DNA of 63,325 nucleotides from Cyanobacteriota bacterium (GTDB taxonomy: Bacteria > Cyanobacteriota > Cyanobacteriia > Cyanobacteriales > Nostocaceae). A program made the position numbers and the translations under genes. The number at the start of each line of letters is the position of its first letter. Positions within the stretch are counted from its first letter, which is position 1. Positions 19,376-31,000 of this stretch are shown here, piece after piece. The stretch covers positions 1 through 63,325 of the forward strand of contig JBJOKS010000028.1 in the NCBI GenBank assembly GCA_046045965.1, in the 5' to 3' direction. The notes beneath the pieces were generated by a model, which saw nothing but the letters and a program-made list of their open reading frames with translations, was not told where the DNA came from and did not search any database.

Positions 19376-20161
19376 ATGGTAAATAATATTGAAACTCCCC
19401 AACTTTCCCTATTAGCAGCAACCGGACTTTGTAAAAGTTTTGGTGGTATCCAAGCTGTTAAAGATGCGAATATCGAAGTGATCAAAGGTAGTATTACTGG
19501 TTTAATTGGTCCCAACGGTGCTGGTAAAACTACTTTATTTAATTTACTGTCAAATTTCATCCACCCAGATAAGGGAAGAGTGATTTTTGATGGTGAACCT
19601 ATTCATAATTTACAACCATATCAAATTGCCCAACAAGGTTTAATTCGCACCTTTCAAGTAGCACGAACTCTGTCGCGGTTGTCGGTTTTAGAAAATATGC
19701 TGTTAGCAGCACAAAAACAAACCGGTGAGAATTTTTGGCAAGTTCAATTTCAACCTCATGTTGTTGCTAACGAAGAAAAACAAATCAAAGAAAGAGCAAT
19801 GTTTTTGTTAGAGTCTGTAGGGTTAGAAAAAAAAGCAAATGACTATGCTGGTGGTTTATCTGGTGGACAGCGTAAACTATTAGAAATGGGAAGAGCTTTA
19901 ATGACAAATCCTAAGTTAATATTATTAGATGAACCTGCTGCGGGGGTGAATCCTAAATTAATTGATGATATATGCGATCGCATTCTCAAATGGAATCGTG
20001 AAGACGGATTGACTTTTTTGATTATTGAACATAATATGGATGTGATTATGTCGTTGTGCGATCGCGTTTGGGTATTAGCAGAAGGACAAAATTTAGCCGA
20101 AGGTACTCCTACAGAAATTCAAAGAAATACCAAGGTTTTAGAGGCATATTTAGGACAATAA
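19376..20161 (+). CDS. natA: Neutral amino acid ABC transporter ATP-binding subunit (LivG-like)
   Basis: GPNGAGKTT, LSGGQ, LLDEPAAG and IEHNM motifs. Confidence 0.9.
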   Translation: MVNNIETPQLSLLAATGLCKSFGGIQAVKDANIEVIKGSITGLIGPNGAGKTTLFNLLSNFIHPDKGRVIFDGEPIHNLQPYQIAQQGLIRTFQVARTLSRLSVLENMLLAAQKQTGENFWQVQFQPHVVANEEKQIKERAMFLLESVGLEKKANDYAGGLSGGQRKLLEMGRALMTNPKLILLDEPAAGVNPKLIDDICDRILKWNREDGLTFLIIEHNMDVIMSLCDRVWVLAEGQNLAEGTPTEIQRNTKVLEAYLGQ

Positions 20162-20174
20162 AGCAATACTTAAT

Positions 20175-20405
20175 ATGCCTAAAAAAATTAGAGAACTGAA
20201 AAGTTTATTACTGCAATCAGGGTTTACATATAAACCAGCAAAAGGAAGTCATAGCAAATGGATACATCCAAAATTATCTAAAGCTATTATAATTGCTGGT
20301 AAAGATAGTAGTGATGCTAAACAATATTTAGAGAAGCAAGTTAATGAAGCAATAGCAGAATTAAAGAAAATAGAAATAGAAGAAAAGGAGGAATTAGAGG
20401 AATGA
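20175..20405 (+). CDS. hicA: HicA toxin
   Basis: AKGSH catalytic motif; 76 aa. Confidence 0.88.
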   Translation: MPKKIRELKSLLLQSGFTYKPAKGSHSKWIHPKLSKAIIIAGKDSSDAKQYLEKQVNEAIAELKKIEIEEKEELEE

Positions 20406-20626
20406 AATATACAATCATTATTCAATGGTCAAATGAAGATAAATGTTATGTAGTTTCATTACCAGATTTTACAGATGTCATGCAGCCTTGTACTCATGGA
20501 GACACTTATGAGGAGGCTTTAAAAAATGCTCAAGAAGTGTTAGAAATGCTGATTTCATCTTATTTAGAAGATGGACAACCTTTACCAGAACCACAAATTT
20601 TAGGAAAGTCATTAACAGCAGCTTAA
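20402..20626 (+). CDS. hicB: HicB antitoxin (short form)
   Basis: YVVSLPDF..THGDTYEEAL..PLPEP; ATGA overlap with hicA. Confidence 0.88.
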   Translation: MKYTIIIQWSNEDKCYVVSLPDFTDVMQPCTHGDTYEEALKNAQEVLEMLISSYLEDGQPLPEPQILGKSLTAA

Positions 20627-20681
20627 TTTTTCTATATCAGCGTAGGTTGGGTTGACAGCACAAACCCAACATTTTACTAAT

Positions 20682-20772
20682 TACAGCAGGAGTCAGGAGT
20701 CAGCAGTGAAACTGCTTTTGTGTATAGGGTTCAATTTTTATTCTGTACTTCATTGATCTGCAATCTGCTGTA
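20682..20772. mobile_element. Small MITE-like element with TACAGCAG...CTGCTGTA ends
   Basis: 8-bp terminal inverted repeat; a related copy lies at 51465-51549. Confidence 0.55.
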
Positions 20773-20782
20773 TTTTAATTTG

Positions 20783-21655
20783 CTATATGTTCAGATTTTT
20801 ATTTACTATTATTCCTACTTTATTACTTCCATATTGCCAATTTATTGCTGATTTCTTTCTCTGAAAAGCACTTTGATTTTGAAATAAAACAAAAGTCGCT
20901 ACAGCTATTAAAAAATAACCAAAATACTTTTGCAATTTTTTACCATCAATAAACTGAGATAAATAAGCACCTAAAAAACTGCCTAAACTAGCTGCAAAAA
21001 TAAATGTTATCATTAATTGCCAATCTAATACAACTTGTCCCAAATATCCTAAAAACCCCGCCATAGCATTAACAACCAGAATTAATAAAGAAGTTCCAAT
21101 TGCTTCTTTCATCGGCGTTTTACCCAAAATAACTAAAGCTGGAACAATTGCAAATCCTCCCCCAACTCCCACTAAACCTGTTAATATCCCAACTCCAAAT
21201 CCTTCAGTTAACAACCATAACCAACAATATTTACAAACTGGTGGTTGATAAATTTCTGCGGTTGGATTTTCTGGAGATGTTTGAGCAGTTTTTTTAAAAC
21301 TTCTTTTAATCATTAAACTCGCTGCTAACAACATCATAATTGCAAATAGCAGCATTTGTAAACTATCAGTAATAAATGGTAAACCTGCTATTTTTGCACC
21401 TAAAAAAGCACCTAACATGGTAGCAGAACCAAAAATAAATGCTTTTTGAAAATTGATATTTCCTTTTCTCCAATGGGGAATTACACCAATTAAACTCACA
21501 GTTCCCACAATTACTAAAGTCATTGCAATTGCAGATTTAGTGGGTACTCCCATCACATAAACTAAAATTGGTAATGCTAAAACAGAACCACCACCACCTA
21601 TTAAACCTAAACTAATACCTATACCAGTTGCTAAAATATGTCCTAATATCCACAC
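20783..21655 (-). CDS. Sulfite exporter TauE/SafE family
   Basis: Repeated GLIGGGGS / GLVGVGGGFAIVP motifs; multi-TM; GTG start at 21655 assumed (ORF open to 21676). Confidence 0.88.
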   Translation of the reverse strand: MWILGHILATGIGISLGLIGGGGSVLALPILVYVMGVPTKSAIAMTLVIVGTVSLIGVIPHWRKGNINFQKAFIFGSATMLGAFLGAKIAGLPFITDSLQMLLFAIMMLLAASLMIKRSFKKTAQTSPENPTAEIYQPPVCKYCWLWLLTEGFGVGILTGLVGVGGGFAIVPALVILGKTPMKEAIGTSLLILVVNAMAGFLGYLGQVVLDWQLMITFIFAASLGSFLGAYLSQFIDGKKLQKYFGYFLIAVATFVLFQNQSAFQRKKSAINWQYGSNKVGIIVNKNLNI

Positions 21656-21728
21656 GTCGCTTTGCTCCGAATTCAAAAGTCTTAGATCCCCAACCTGTTT
21701 AAAAAGTCGAGGATCTTAGTTTGAGATT

Positions 21729-22268
21729 TTAACCACGTTGGTTATAGGGTAATTTGGCTAATAACATTCCCATTGCACAGGTGTTACTTACTCCTGCAAA
21801 TACTAAACCTGCACCTACAAAACCACTTAAAATTAAAAACCAGGGAGAAACAAATGCACCTAAGATAGTTCCTGTAAATACTAAAAAACCTGCAACTATT
21901 TGTACTTGTCTCATTAAACTAATAGGAGCATTTTGATTAATTTGTGTTGAATATCCTGACTGTTTCCAAGCTGTAATTCCTCCTTGTAATTGGCTAAATT
22001 CTGAAAACCCAGATTGAATAAGTTTTTGTGCTGCTTGGTTGGATCGATTTCCTGATTGACAGTATATAACAAGCTGTTTACCAGGAATTAAAGATATTTG
22101 TTCTGGCTGAAATTTAGACAAAGGTAAAAGTTGAGATCCAGGAATATGTTCTGCTGCATATTCTGAAGCTTCTCTTACATCTATTAGTTGGATTTGTTCT
22201 GTTTCTCTCAATTCTTTAACTGTAGCTGCATTAAGTAATTGCAATTTTGTATTGATAGATGTGGTCAT
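21729..22268 (-). CDS. Rhodanese-like sulfurtransferase with C-terminal DUF2892 membrane anchor (YgaP-like)
   Basis: IDVRE, active-site loop CQSGNRS, GGITAW; C-terminal RQVQI..TCAMGMLLAKLPYN. Confidence 0.9.
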   Translation of the reverse strand: MTTSINTKLQLLNAATVKELRETEQIQLIDVREASEYAAEHIPGSQLLPLSKFQPEQISLIPGKQLVIYCQSGNRSNQAAQKLIQSGFSEFSQLQGGITAWKQSGYSTQINQNAPISLMRQVQIVAGFLVFTGTILGAFVSPWFLILSGFVGAGLVFAGVSNTCAMGMLLAKLPYNQRG

Positions 22269-22295
22269 TTTTTTACCTCTTATTTAATTCCTAGA

Positions 22296-22997
22296 TTAAT
22301 TGTTAACTAAAACTTCATCACCACACCGTAGATTTGCTGGAACTGCTGCCATCATTTTTTGCGGATTTTGTAAATTTAAACAGGACATAAATTGAATAAA
22401 ACTATTGCGACTATGTCCTCTAAATCTAGGATTGTATTGTTTTTCTTCTCCAATTGTTGAAACTGTAAAACCCTTGTAATCATGTCCTGGATAAACTAAA
22501 GTTTCATCTGCAAGGGTAAAAAGTTTTTGTGTGATGACATCAAATAAAGTTCCTGCATCACCACTTTGAAAATCAGTTCTTCCACAACCACGAATTAATA
22601 AGGAATCTCCTGTTAATAATCTTTCTTGGTTGACTAAATACGCTAGATGACTGTCTGTATGTCCTGGTGTGGCGATCGCTTGAATTATAATTGATCCCAG
22701 TTCTAGAATTTCCCCATCTTTCATCTGCTTATCTGCACAACTCGCTGGTGCATTTTCTGGTACAACTCCCAAACATCCAGTTAATTCACGTAATTTACCC
22801 GTACCTGTGATATGATCTGCATGAATGTGAGTTTCCATACAGTAGCGCAATGTCAAACCTAGTTCCTGAATTAGTTGTAAATCTCGTTCTACCTGTTCCA
22901 GTACCGGATCTACAAGAACTGCCGCTTTTATTGTCTCGTCAGCAATCAGGTAGGTATATGTACTAGACTCTTTGTCAAAAAGTTGGCGGAAAAACAT
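22296..22997 (-). CDS. Persulfide dioxygenase (ETHE1-like MBL-fold)
   Basis: RQLFD..SSTYTY, ETHIHADHITG, GCGRTDFQ, PGHDY and AVPANLRCG motifs. Confidence 0.9.
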   Translation of the reverse strand: MFFRQLFDKESSTYTYLIADETIKAAVLVDPVLEQVERDLQLIQELGLTLRYCMETHIHADHITGTGKLRELTGCLGVVPENAPASCADKQMKDGEILELGSIIIQAIATPGHTDSHLAYLVNQERLLTGDSLLIRGCGRTDFQSGDAGTLFDVITQKLFTLADETLVYPGHDYKGFTVSTIGEEKQYNPRFRGHSRNSFIQFMSCLNLQNPQKMMAAVPANLRCGDEVLVNN

Positions 22998-23024
22998 TTT
23001 TTTGTTTAAAACTCTTCATCCATT

Positions 23025-23045
23025 ATATAACTATATAGTAGGATA
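23025..23045. promoter_or_regulatory. Candidate ArsR-family operator in the divergent promoter
   Basis: Palindrome ACTATATAGT at 23030-23039 within an 82-bp divergent gap. Confidence 0.4.
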
Positions 23046-23079
23046 GTCAATACAAATCATCAAGTATTTTTAGTTTTTT

Positions 23080-23412
23080 ATGTCAGAGATATTTCCAGGC
23101 GCTCTTAATCAGGTTGCAGAATATTTTAAAGTGCTGTCTGAAGTCAGTAGACTACAAGTTTTGTGTTGTTTGAAACCGGGAGCAAAGAATGTAACCCAAA
23201 TCATTGCTGAGACTGGACTAGGACAAGCGAATGTATCGAAGCATCTGAAGATTTTGACTCAAGCGGGTATTGTCAAAAGGACACCAGATGGAGTCAGCGT
23301 CATTTATGAAATTACTGATCCTATCTTATTTCAGTTATGTGATTTGGTGTGCGATCGCTTATCCGTCAGACTCGAAGAACAAACCAAGCAGTTAGAACAA
23401 CTCAAATTGTAG
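23080..23412 (+). CDS. ArsR/SmtB regulator, probably persulfide-sensing (BigR/SqrR-like)
   Basis: SRLQVLCCL, QANVSKHLKIL, C-terminal LCDLVC. Confidence 0.85.
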   Translation: MSEIFPGALNQVAEYFKVLSEVSRLQVLCCLKPGAKNVTQIIAETGLGQANVSKHLKILTQAGIVKRTPDGVSVIYEITDPILFQLCDLVCDRLSVRLEEQTKQLEQLKL

Positions 23413-23503
23413 CGAACAGGAAGGATCAGGTAACAGGTAACAGGTAACAGTGAATAATTTATATTTTTCCTAAACTCCTGACTCCTGACTCCTGACTCCT
23501 TCC

Positions 23504-24790
23504 TTAACTAAACTGTTTCCCTGTGTCTAGGTTAAATAACATTTGCAGAGTTTGCATACAATTACGTCTGGCTTCAACATCTTGTTGCGCCCGTAATTGT
23601 ACCATTGGGTCATGTAATATTTTATTAACTATTCCTCTTGTTAAAGCTTCAATTACTTCTTGGTGTTTTTCGCCAAATTCTGAACCCAAGCGAGATAAAG
23701 CTTTTTCTAGTTCTTGTTCGCGGATGCTTTCAATTTTATTTCTGAGAGAGCTGATAGTAGAGACAGTTTCTAAACTCCGCCACCACACATCAAAAGCGTC
23801 TGCTTCTTCATCTAGAAGTTTTTCAGCTTCCTGTGCCATTTTGCGGCGACTTTCGTAATTTTGTGCTACAACTGCCTTTAAATCGTCCACATTAAAAGCT
23901 TGCACATTTGGCAAATCATTAACATCTGCATCCACGTTACGGGGTACAGAAATATCAAATAACATCAACGAGTGGTTGGGGTCTAAAACCATTTCTAATT
24001 TAGCGCGGTCAAGAATTGGCTCAGTTGCAGAAGTGCTGGTAAATACTATATCGCTCTGAGCCACTACAGACATCATTTCCGGTAGCAGATGGATCTCAAT
24101 AGGTACTTCTGAGAAATTTTTAGCTAATTCTTCCGCACGTTCACGGGAACGGTTAACAATACTAATTCTAGTTGCACCTTTAGAAATCAGGTGTTGTACA
24201 AGTAACCGGGACATTTTCCCAGCACCGAGAATAGCCACACGGTAGGGAGCTAAATTTTCTACTTTTATCTGCGCTAATTCCACAGCCGCAGAACTAATGG
24301 AGACAGCACCAGTACCAATGCTAGTTTCAGTACGAACTCGTTTACCAGCGGTCAAAGCTTGTTTAAATAAACGATTTAAAATTGTTTTTATACCATTAAA
24401 TTGCTGTCCCAGCTTGTGAGTATTTTTTACCTGAGCCAGAATTTGACCTTCACCAAGAACAAGACTATCCAACCCAGCGGACACCCGCATAATGTGCATA
24501 ACTGAATCAGTGTGCATCAACATAAACAAATGTTGTCGCAAAGATGCTACCGGTAACTTGCTATGTTCTGCCAGAAACTGGGTAACTTCCTGAAGACCTT
24601 GAGTAATTTCACTGCTAACAATGTAAATTTCCAGACGGTTACAAGTGCTGAGGATAGCGACTTCATCTATATGAGGATAGCTAAGAAGATGAGCGATCGC
24701 GCCTTCAGTTTGAGGTTCGGGAATACTTAATTTTTCTCTAACTTCTACAGGGGCTGTTTTATGGCTTAACCCCACCACTGCAATATTCAT
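23504..24790 (-). CDS. hemA: Glutamyl-tRNA reductase
   Basis: [22 protein letters not shown] and DISVPRNV motifs. Confidence 0.97.
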   Translation of the reverse strand: MNIAVVGLSHKTAPVEVREKLSIPEPQTEGAIAHLLSYPHIDEVAILSTCNRLEIYIVSSEITQGLQEVTQFLAEHSKLPVASLRQHLFMLMHTDSVMHIMRVSAGLDSLVLGEGQILAQVKNTHKLGQQFNGIKTILNRLFKQALTAGKRVRTETSIGTGAVSISSAAVELAQIKVENLAPYRVAILGAGKMSRLLVQHLISKGATRISIVNRSRERAEELAKNFSEVPIEIHLLPEMMSVVAQSDIVFTSTSATEPILDRAKLEMVLDPNHSLMLFDISVPRNVDADVNDLPNVQAFNVDDLKAVVAQNYESRRKMAQEAEKLLDEEADAFDVWWRSLETVSTISSLRNKIESIREQELEKALSRLGSEFGEKHQEVIEALTRGIVNKILHDPMVQLRAQQDVEARRNCMQTLQMLFNLDTGKQFS

Positions 24791-24799
24791 TTCTTAAAA

Positions 24800-24912
24800 T
24801 TGGTAATTGTTAATGGGTAATGGGTCATGGGTCATGAGTAATTGGTAATTGGTAATTGGTAATTGGTGGTAGTTTTTCCCCAATCACCAATCACCAGTCA
24901 CCAATCACCAGT
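24800..24912. repeat. Facing STRR arrays (TTGGTAA / AATCACC)
   Basis: Direct inspection; the arrays can form a hairpin between glpX and hemA. Confidence 0.8.
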
Positions 24913-24914
24913 TA

Positions 24915-25952
24915 TTACCGGAGTTGAATAACCTTGGGTTCATCAAACAAGTGAACTGTATCCACAAACCGAGCAGTTTTAGATTGGCTGGAAATAACCA
25001 AGCTTTGGGTTCTAGCACCACCGTGGAAGAAACGCACACCATCCATCAGAGTTCCAGGGGTGATACCGCAAGCTGCAAATAGGACTGTATTACCAGAAGC
25101 TAATTCGTTAGCATTGTAAACTCTGTCTCCATCAGTAATACCCATTTCTTGCAAACGGGCAAGATTACCTTCTCTGCTTTCGCCAATCAAACCTGTTTGT
25201 ACAACTTCTGGATCGTAGATCAGTTGACCTTGGAAGTGACCGCCTAAAGCCCGCATAGCCGCAGCAGAAATTACACCTTCCGGAGCAGCACCAATACCCA
25301 TCAAAGCATGAATGTTGCTACCAGCAAAAGCGCAAGAGATGGCAGCAGAAACGTCACCATCGCTGATCAATCTGACTCTTGCTCCAGCGGTACGAATTTC
25401 CTGAATCAGTTCTTTGTGACGGGGACGATCCATCACTACTACTACCAATTCCTCAACGGAACGGTTTAAGCAGTCAGAAAGAATTTTGAGGTTTTCTGTA
25501 GCTGATTTGTTGATATCAACATGACCTCTAGCGGCTGCTGGTGCTGCGAGTTTCTTCATGTAGAAGTCAGGAGCAGCAAATAAACCACCTTTTTCGGAAA
25601 TTGCCAAAACTGCCATAGAGCCATTTTGACCATAAGCAACTAAGTTAGTACCTTCGCAGGGGTCAACAGCAATGTCAATTTCTACCAATTCATCAGGGTT
25701 ACAGAAATTTTTCGCATCTGGTTGAGTACAGATACCTACTTCTTCACCAATGTAGAGCATAGGAGCTTCATCGCGTTCGCCTTCGCCGATAACGATGCGA
25801 CCACGCATATGGATTTTGTTCATCCGTTCCCGCATAGCTTCTACTGCTACTTGGTCAGCAGTGTTCTTTTCGCCTTTACCCATCCACTTCGAGGAGGCGA
25901 TCGCTGCTTGCTCTACTACCTCAATAATCTCTAACCCAAGTGTATTTTCCAC
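24915..25952 (-). CDS. glpX: Class II fructose-1,6-/sedoheptulose-1,7-bisphosphatase
   Basis: [21 protein letters not shown] and GAAPEGV motifs. Confidence 0.97.
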   Translation of the reverse strand: MENTLGLEIIEVVEQAAIASSKWMGKGEKNTADQVAVEAMRERMNKIHMRGRIVIGEGERDEAPMLYIGEEVGICTQPDAKNFCNPDELVEIDIAVDPCEGTNLVAYGQNGSMAVLAISEKGGLFAAPDFYMKKLAAPAAARGHVDINKSATENLKILSDCLNRSVEELVVVVMDRPRHKELIQEIRTAGARVRLISDGDVSAAISCAFAGSNIHALMGIGAAPEGVISAAAMRALGGHFQGQLIYDPEVVQTGLIGESREGNLARLQEMGITDGDRVYNANELASGNTVLFAACGITPGTLMDGVRFFHGGARTQSLVISSQSKTARFVDTVHLFDEPKVIQLR

Positions 25953-26169
25953 AGGACTGCCCTCTTAATTGCTGATCTTAGCGTCGTTTTATCTGGCCAT
26001 TTCAGTTTTCAAGTCTACCAAAGTACGGATACATATAGAAAAAAGTTAAGTTTTACTGCTGTGAAAATCTAATTGGCACAGAATGAAAGAAAATGGCAGT
26101 AATTTTGTATCAACGCGGCAAATGATCTAGGCTAGAGATAAATAACAAAAATCTCTCAGTCAGAATAAT

Positions 26170-26490
26170 ATGCTGGACTTTCTCAATTCTCTTTTAGGTC
26201 GCCACCCAGAGCGCATCAAAGCCAACGTAGAAATTTACACTTGGCAAACCTGCCCCTACTGTATCCGTGCCAAAATGCTGTTATCGTGGAAAGGTGTTAA
26301 ATTCACAGAATACAAAATAGACGGTGACGAAACAGCCAGAGCAAACATGACAGAACGCGCCCATGGTCGCCGCAGCGTCCCCCAGATTTTCATTAATAAC
26401 CAACACATCGGCGGTTGTGATGACCTGTATTCCCTAGATACAAAAGGTCAACTTGATCCGCTTTTATTTGAGGTGACAGGTGATAGGTGA
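26170..26490 (+). CDS. grxC: Glutaredoxin 3
   Basis: CPYC, SVPQIFI and GGCDDL motifs. Confidence 0.92.
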   Translation: MLDFLNSLLGRHPERIKANVEIYTWQTCPYCIRAKMLLSWKGVKFTEYKIDGDETARANMTERAHGRRSVPQIFINNQHIGGCDDLYSLDTKGQLDPLLFEVTGDR

Positions 26491-26515
26491 CTGGGGACTG
26501 GGGACTGGTGAAGAA

Positions 26516-27001
26516 ATGACCAATCACCAATCACCAATCACCAATCACCAAAAATGGATGAATCACGCCCTAGAATTGGCACAGGTGGCTGGTGATGCTG
26601 GTGAAGTTCCTGTAGGTGCAGTGATTATTGATCCAGCGGGTAACTTAATTGCTGAAGGGGAAAACAGAAAAGAACGAGACCAAGATCCTACCGCCCATGC
26701 GGAAGTTATTGCCATTCGGTCAGCTGCAAAAATCTTACAAAGTTGGCGTTTGGATCAATGCACCCTCTATGTAACACTAGAACCATGTCCAATGTGTGCT
26801 GGTGCTATAGTCCATGCACGTTTGGGGACACTTGTCTATGGAGTAGACGATACCAAAACTGGCGCAATTCGTACTGTTATCAACATACCCAGTAGCCCTG
26901 CTTCAAATCACCGTCCACAAGTGCTAGGAGGTATTCTAGAATCAGCTTGTCGTCAACAACTACAGACTTGGTTTGCAGCTAGAAGGCATCAGCAAAAATA
27001 A
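26516..27001 (+). CDS. tadA: tRNA adenosine(34) deaminase
   Basis: EVPVGAV, AHAE and TLEPCPMCAGA motifs; start uncertain. Confidence 0.92.
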   Translation: MTNHQSPITNHQKWMNHALELAQVAGDAGEVPVGAVIIDPAGNLIAEGENRKERDQDPTAHAEVIAIRSAAKILQSWRLDQCTLYVTLEPCPMCAGAIVHARLGTLVYGVDDTKTGAIRTVINIPSSPASNHRPQVLGGILESACRQQLQTWFAARRHQQK

Positions 27002-27115
27002 CAGACAGAGCTAAAACTGTCCAGATAGCAAAACACAAATTACTCAAGAAAATCTACGGTGGACATAATCAAGTTTGCGTCACATTTTACCAGCTAACTG
27101 TCAGCCACCGTCATC

Positions 27116-27883
27116 ATGGAATTTTACTCTGCTTCTACCCAATCTCAATCTCAATTAACAACTACCTCCGTAAATCCACAGGTGGCCTCTAGCACGTCGC
27201 GGGTTTCTCCTTGGTTAACTCCTTTGGCCTATTGTTTGGGACATAACATAGTTATACCGTCGTTTTTTGGTAAAATTGACATCAGCGGTCAAGAAAATAT
27301 CCCCAACAATGGCCCTGTGATTTTTGCACCTACCCACCGTTCTCGTTGGGATTCTTTGCTGTTACCCTATGCTACAGGTCGTTATGTCACCGGTCGAGAT
27401 ATGCGATTTATGGTAACAAGCAGTGAGTGTCAAGGAATACAAGGCTGGTTTGTCCTCCGCATGGGTGGTTTTCCGGTAGATACCCAACGTCCAGCGATCG
27501 CCACTCTGCGTCATACAGTAGAGTTAATGCTACAGGGAGAAATGTTAGTTATTTTTCCCGAAGGTGGTATTTTTCGGGATGGAAAAGTACACCCCTTAAA
27601 GTCGGGTGTTGCGCGTTTAGCTTTAACCGCTGAATCTATTCATCCAGGTTTAGAAATAAAAATTATACCTGTTGGCATCAATTACAGTCAACCTTATCCC
27701 AATTGGGGAACTGATGTGAACATTCATATTGGTGAACCTCTTCAAGTTGCAGATTATATCAATGGTTGTTTAAAACAAAATGCTAAATATCTGACCGCAG
27801 ATTTAGCAAAGAAATTACAACAATTAAGTCATCAAGAATCAGAAATAACGTCTCATTCCTTTGTAGAAATTCCCAATTCTTAA
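27116..27883 (+). CDS. Lysophospholipid acyltransferase (PlsC family)
   Basis: HRSRWD (HxxxxD) and IFPEG motifs. Confidence 0.88.
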   Translation: MEFYSASTQSQSQLTTTSVNPQVASSTSRVSPWLTPLAYCLGHNIVIPSFFGKIDISGQENIPNNGPVIFAPTHRSRWDSLLLPYATGRYVTGRDMRFMVTSSECQGIQGWFVLRMGGFPVDTQRPAIATLRHTVELMLQGEMLVIFPEGGIFRDGKVHPLKSGVARLALTAESIHPGLEIKIIPVGINYSQPYPNWGTDVNIHIGEPLQVADYINGCLKQNAKYLTADLAKKLQQLSHQESEITSHSFVEIPNS

Positions 27884-28094
27884 TGGAAAAATAGCACTTA
27901 GCAACTATTAGCAACAGTCAAACCCAACACAAGACTTGGTAATGTTGGGTTTAGTTCCATAAATAATGGTTTCTTGAGTATTCAGCCATGCAGCCTATCT
28001 TCTGCAAATTAAGTGATGTATAATTTAAAATGTGTTAGAATCTACAGGGAATGAAAATAGACCAACAATTTGTGGTGAGTAATATTGTGGGGTT

Positions 28095-31000
28095 ATGAAA
28101 AAAAGATTAAATTATATATTGAGACCTCAATGGCAGCAACAAGTTTATCAATTAGTAATAACAACTCTATTGACAACAGGTGGAATATTCACCTCTATAA
28201 ATCTCAAAGTATTAGCCCAACTAACACCCGATAATACATTAGGTACAGAAAAATCGGTTGTTAATCAAGTTAACGAATTCAAAGACCTGATCAAAGGTGG
28301 TGCTACCAGAGGTAAAAATTTATTTCACAGCTTTGAAAAATTCAATGTTGGTGAAAACAGAAGTGTGTATTTTGCTAATCCTACAGGAATTGAGAATATA
28401 TTAACTCGCGTTACAGGTAATCATCGTTCTGAGATATTCGGGACATTAGGAATAGATGGAACAGCAAATTTATTTTTAATAAATCCCAATGGGATAATTT
28501 TTGGCAACCATGCCAGTTTAGATATTAAAGGTTCTTTTACTGCCACAACTGTGGATGGAATAAAATTAGGAGAAAATGGTTTATTTAGTGCCACAGCACC
28601 AGCAACAAGTAATTTGTTGACTGTACAACCAGGAGCATTATTTATTAATGCTTTGAGAAATCAACAAGCAGAAATAAAGAATCAAGGTAATTTAACAGTT
28701 ACTCAGGGTAATAATATAAATCTTTTTGGTGCAAATGTTATTAACACAGGCACATTAACAGCACCAAGGGGAACAATTCAGTTAACAGGGGCAGAAAATT
28801 TAATAGTTAGAGGAAATATCCAGACAAATACATTATCACTAAATACTAAAAACTTGACTGTTGCTGAAAACAATAACGCGACAATTGATAAAACTACATT
28901 AGAAAGTTTATCTGGTAATACAAATCTAAAATTTCAGGCAACAAATGATCTTACTATTCATCCTTTAAGTAATCACAGTTTAAACCTAGCTGATGGTAAT
29001 GGTAAAATCACATTTACTGCTGATGCTGATGGGAATGGAATTGGTAATTTGCAGATGGATATTGCCGATACTATCCAAACTAATGGCAGAGATATTAGCA
29101 TTTCTGGAGCGAGTTTGACATTAGGTAATATTGATACGAGTTCTGCACTTGGAGGAGGAAATATAACTTTAACAGCCACTGATGGCGATATCAATACCCA
29201 AGACCTATACTCCTTCTCATCTTCAGAATTAGGAACAGCTGCAAATGGGGGAATTATTGCTCTAACAGCATCAGGTGACATCAGTACTGAAGACCTAGAC
29301 TCCTCCTCCTCTTCAATTTTCGCTACAGGAGGAAATGGTGGAAGAATTACACTCACTGCTGGGGACAATATTTCTACACAATCCTTAAACTCCTCCTCCG
29401 CTTCATTTAATGGTACAGAACTTAATGGGGGGGTAATTACTTTCACTGCTGGGGGTGATATCACTATTCAAGATTTCATCAACTCCTTCTCTTCTTCATT
29501 TAATGGCACAGGAGGAGATGGAGGAAGAATTACTTTTACTGCGGAAGGTAATATCTCTACTCAAAACCTAGACTCCTCCTCCTCTTCAATTTTCGCCACA
29601 GGAGGAAAAGGGGGAGAAATTACTTTTACTGCTGGTGGTGATATCTTTACTCAAGGTATAAACTCATCCTCCTCTTCAATTTTTGCCACAGGAGGAAAAG
29701 GGGGAGCAATCACTTTGACTGCTGGGGGTAATATTAGGGGAATGAGAAATGAATTGAGTCAGGCAATCCCAGTTCTTTCTTCGATGTCCATCAACCCAAA
29801 CGGAATGTCTGGAAATGGCGGTAACGTTACCTTATCAGCTAAAAATAATATTAGAGATTTAGAGATATTAACTTTATCTTCTAACTCAAAATCTGGAGAT
29901 GTTCAGGTTAACGGTTCTGGCGATTTATTGGTGACAAATACTAACATTATCACTACTCAACAGGTGATATTTCAAAATCGTTTTATAAATAATTCTAATA
30001 ATCCTATGCTCAGATTAGCAGAATTTTTTGTTAATGTCAGTGAAGTAGGTCAATCAGGAAATGTGACTTTCACCAGCACAGGTAATCTTACATTTAAAGA
30101 TAGTCGCATAAACAGTGACACCAGAGGCAATGACCCCGCAGGAACAATAACTTTTACCAGTGCTGGTGATCTCACCTTTAAAAATAGTCAAATTACCAGT
30201 AACACCATTAGCGGAGGAAAAGCTGGCAATATTCTAATTAATGCTGAAAAATTCACGCTGACAGATCAATCAATCATCTCCGCTTCCACTACTTCTACCA
30301 TAGGAAATGGACAAGCTGGAGACATCACCTTGAATACTCCCACTTTAATAGTAGCCAATGGCGCGGAAATATTCGCCACAACTACAGGTAGTGGTGATGG
30401 AGGTACAATCACCATCAATGCAGCTAATAGTGTTAATCTTGGTATTGGTGTTCAAGATTCTTCTCCTATTCTGTCTGTGGAAACCAGTGGTAGTGGAAAA
30501 GCTGGAAATATTATTATTAATACTCCTCATCTGACTATATCCGATACAGCCCAAATTACTGCTACTGCGAGGACAACAACTAATACTAATAGCGGAGGCG
30601 GTGGAAACATTATCTTAAATGCCTCTAAAATCAACCTTGCGGGTGTTGTTGGTGTTTTTGCTGAAACCCAAGGAGAAGCACCCGCAGGTACATTACAACT
30701 CAATCCTTACCAAAATCAGACCGATTTAGATATTACACTTTTCCCAGGTTCAATTATTTCTGCTTCCACTTCTGCTAGTGGTCAAGGTGGTAACTTAATG
30801 ATCACAGCACTGAAAAATATTAACATCTCTGGAGAAGGAAAATTAGCAGTTGAAACTAGAGGAAGTGGTGATGCTGGGAGTATTTCAATTACCACTGAAA
30901 ATTTAAATATTACTAATGGTGTGGAAATTTCTGCTGCGACTTCTGGCAGTGGTAAAGGTGGTAATATTCACATCTATGCTAATACATTTACTGCCAATAA

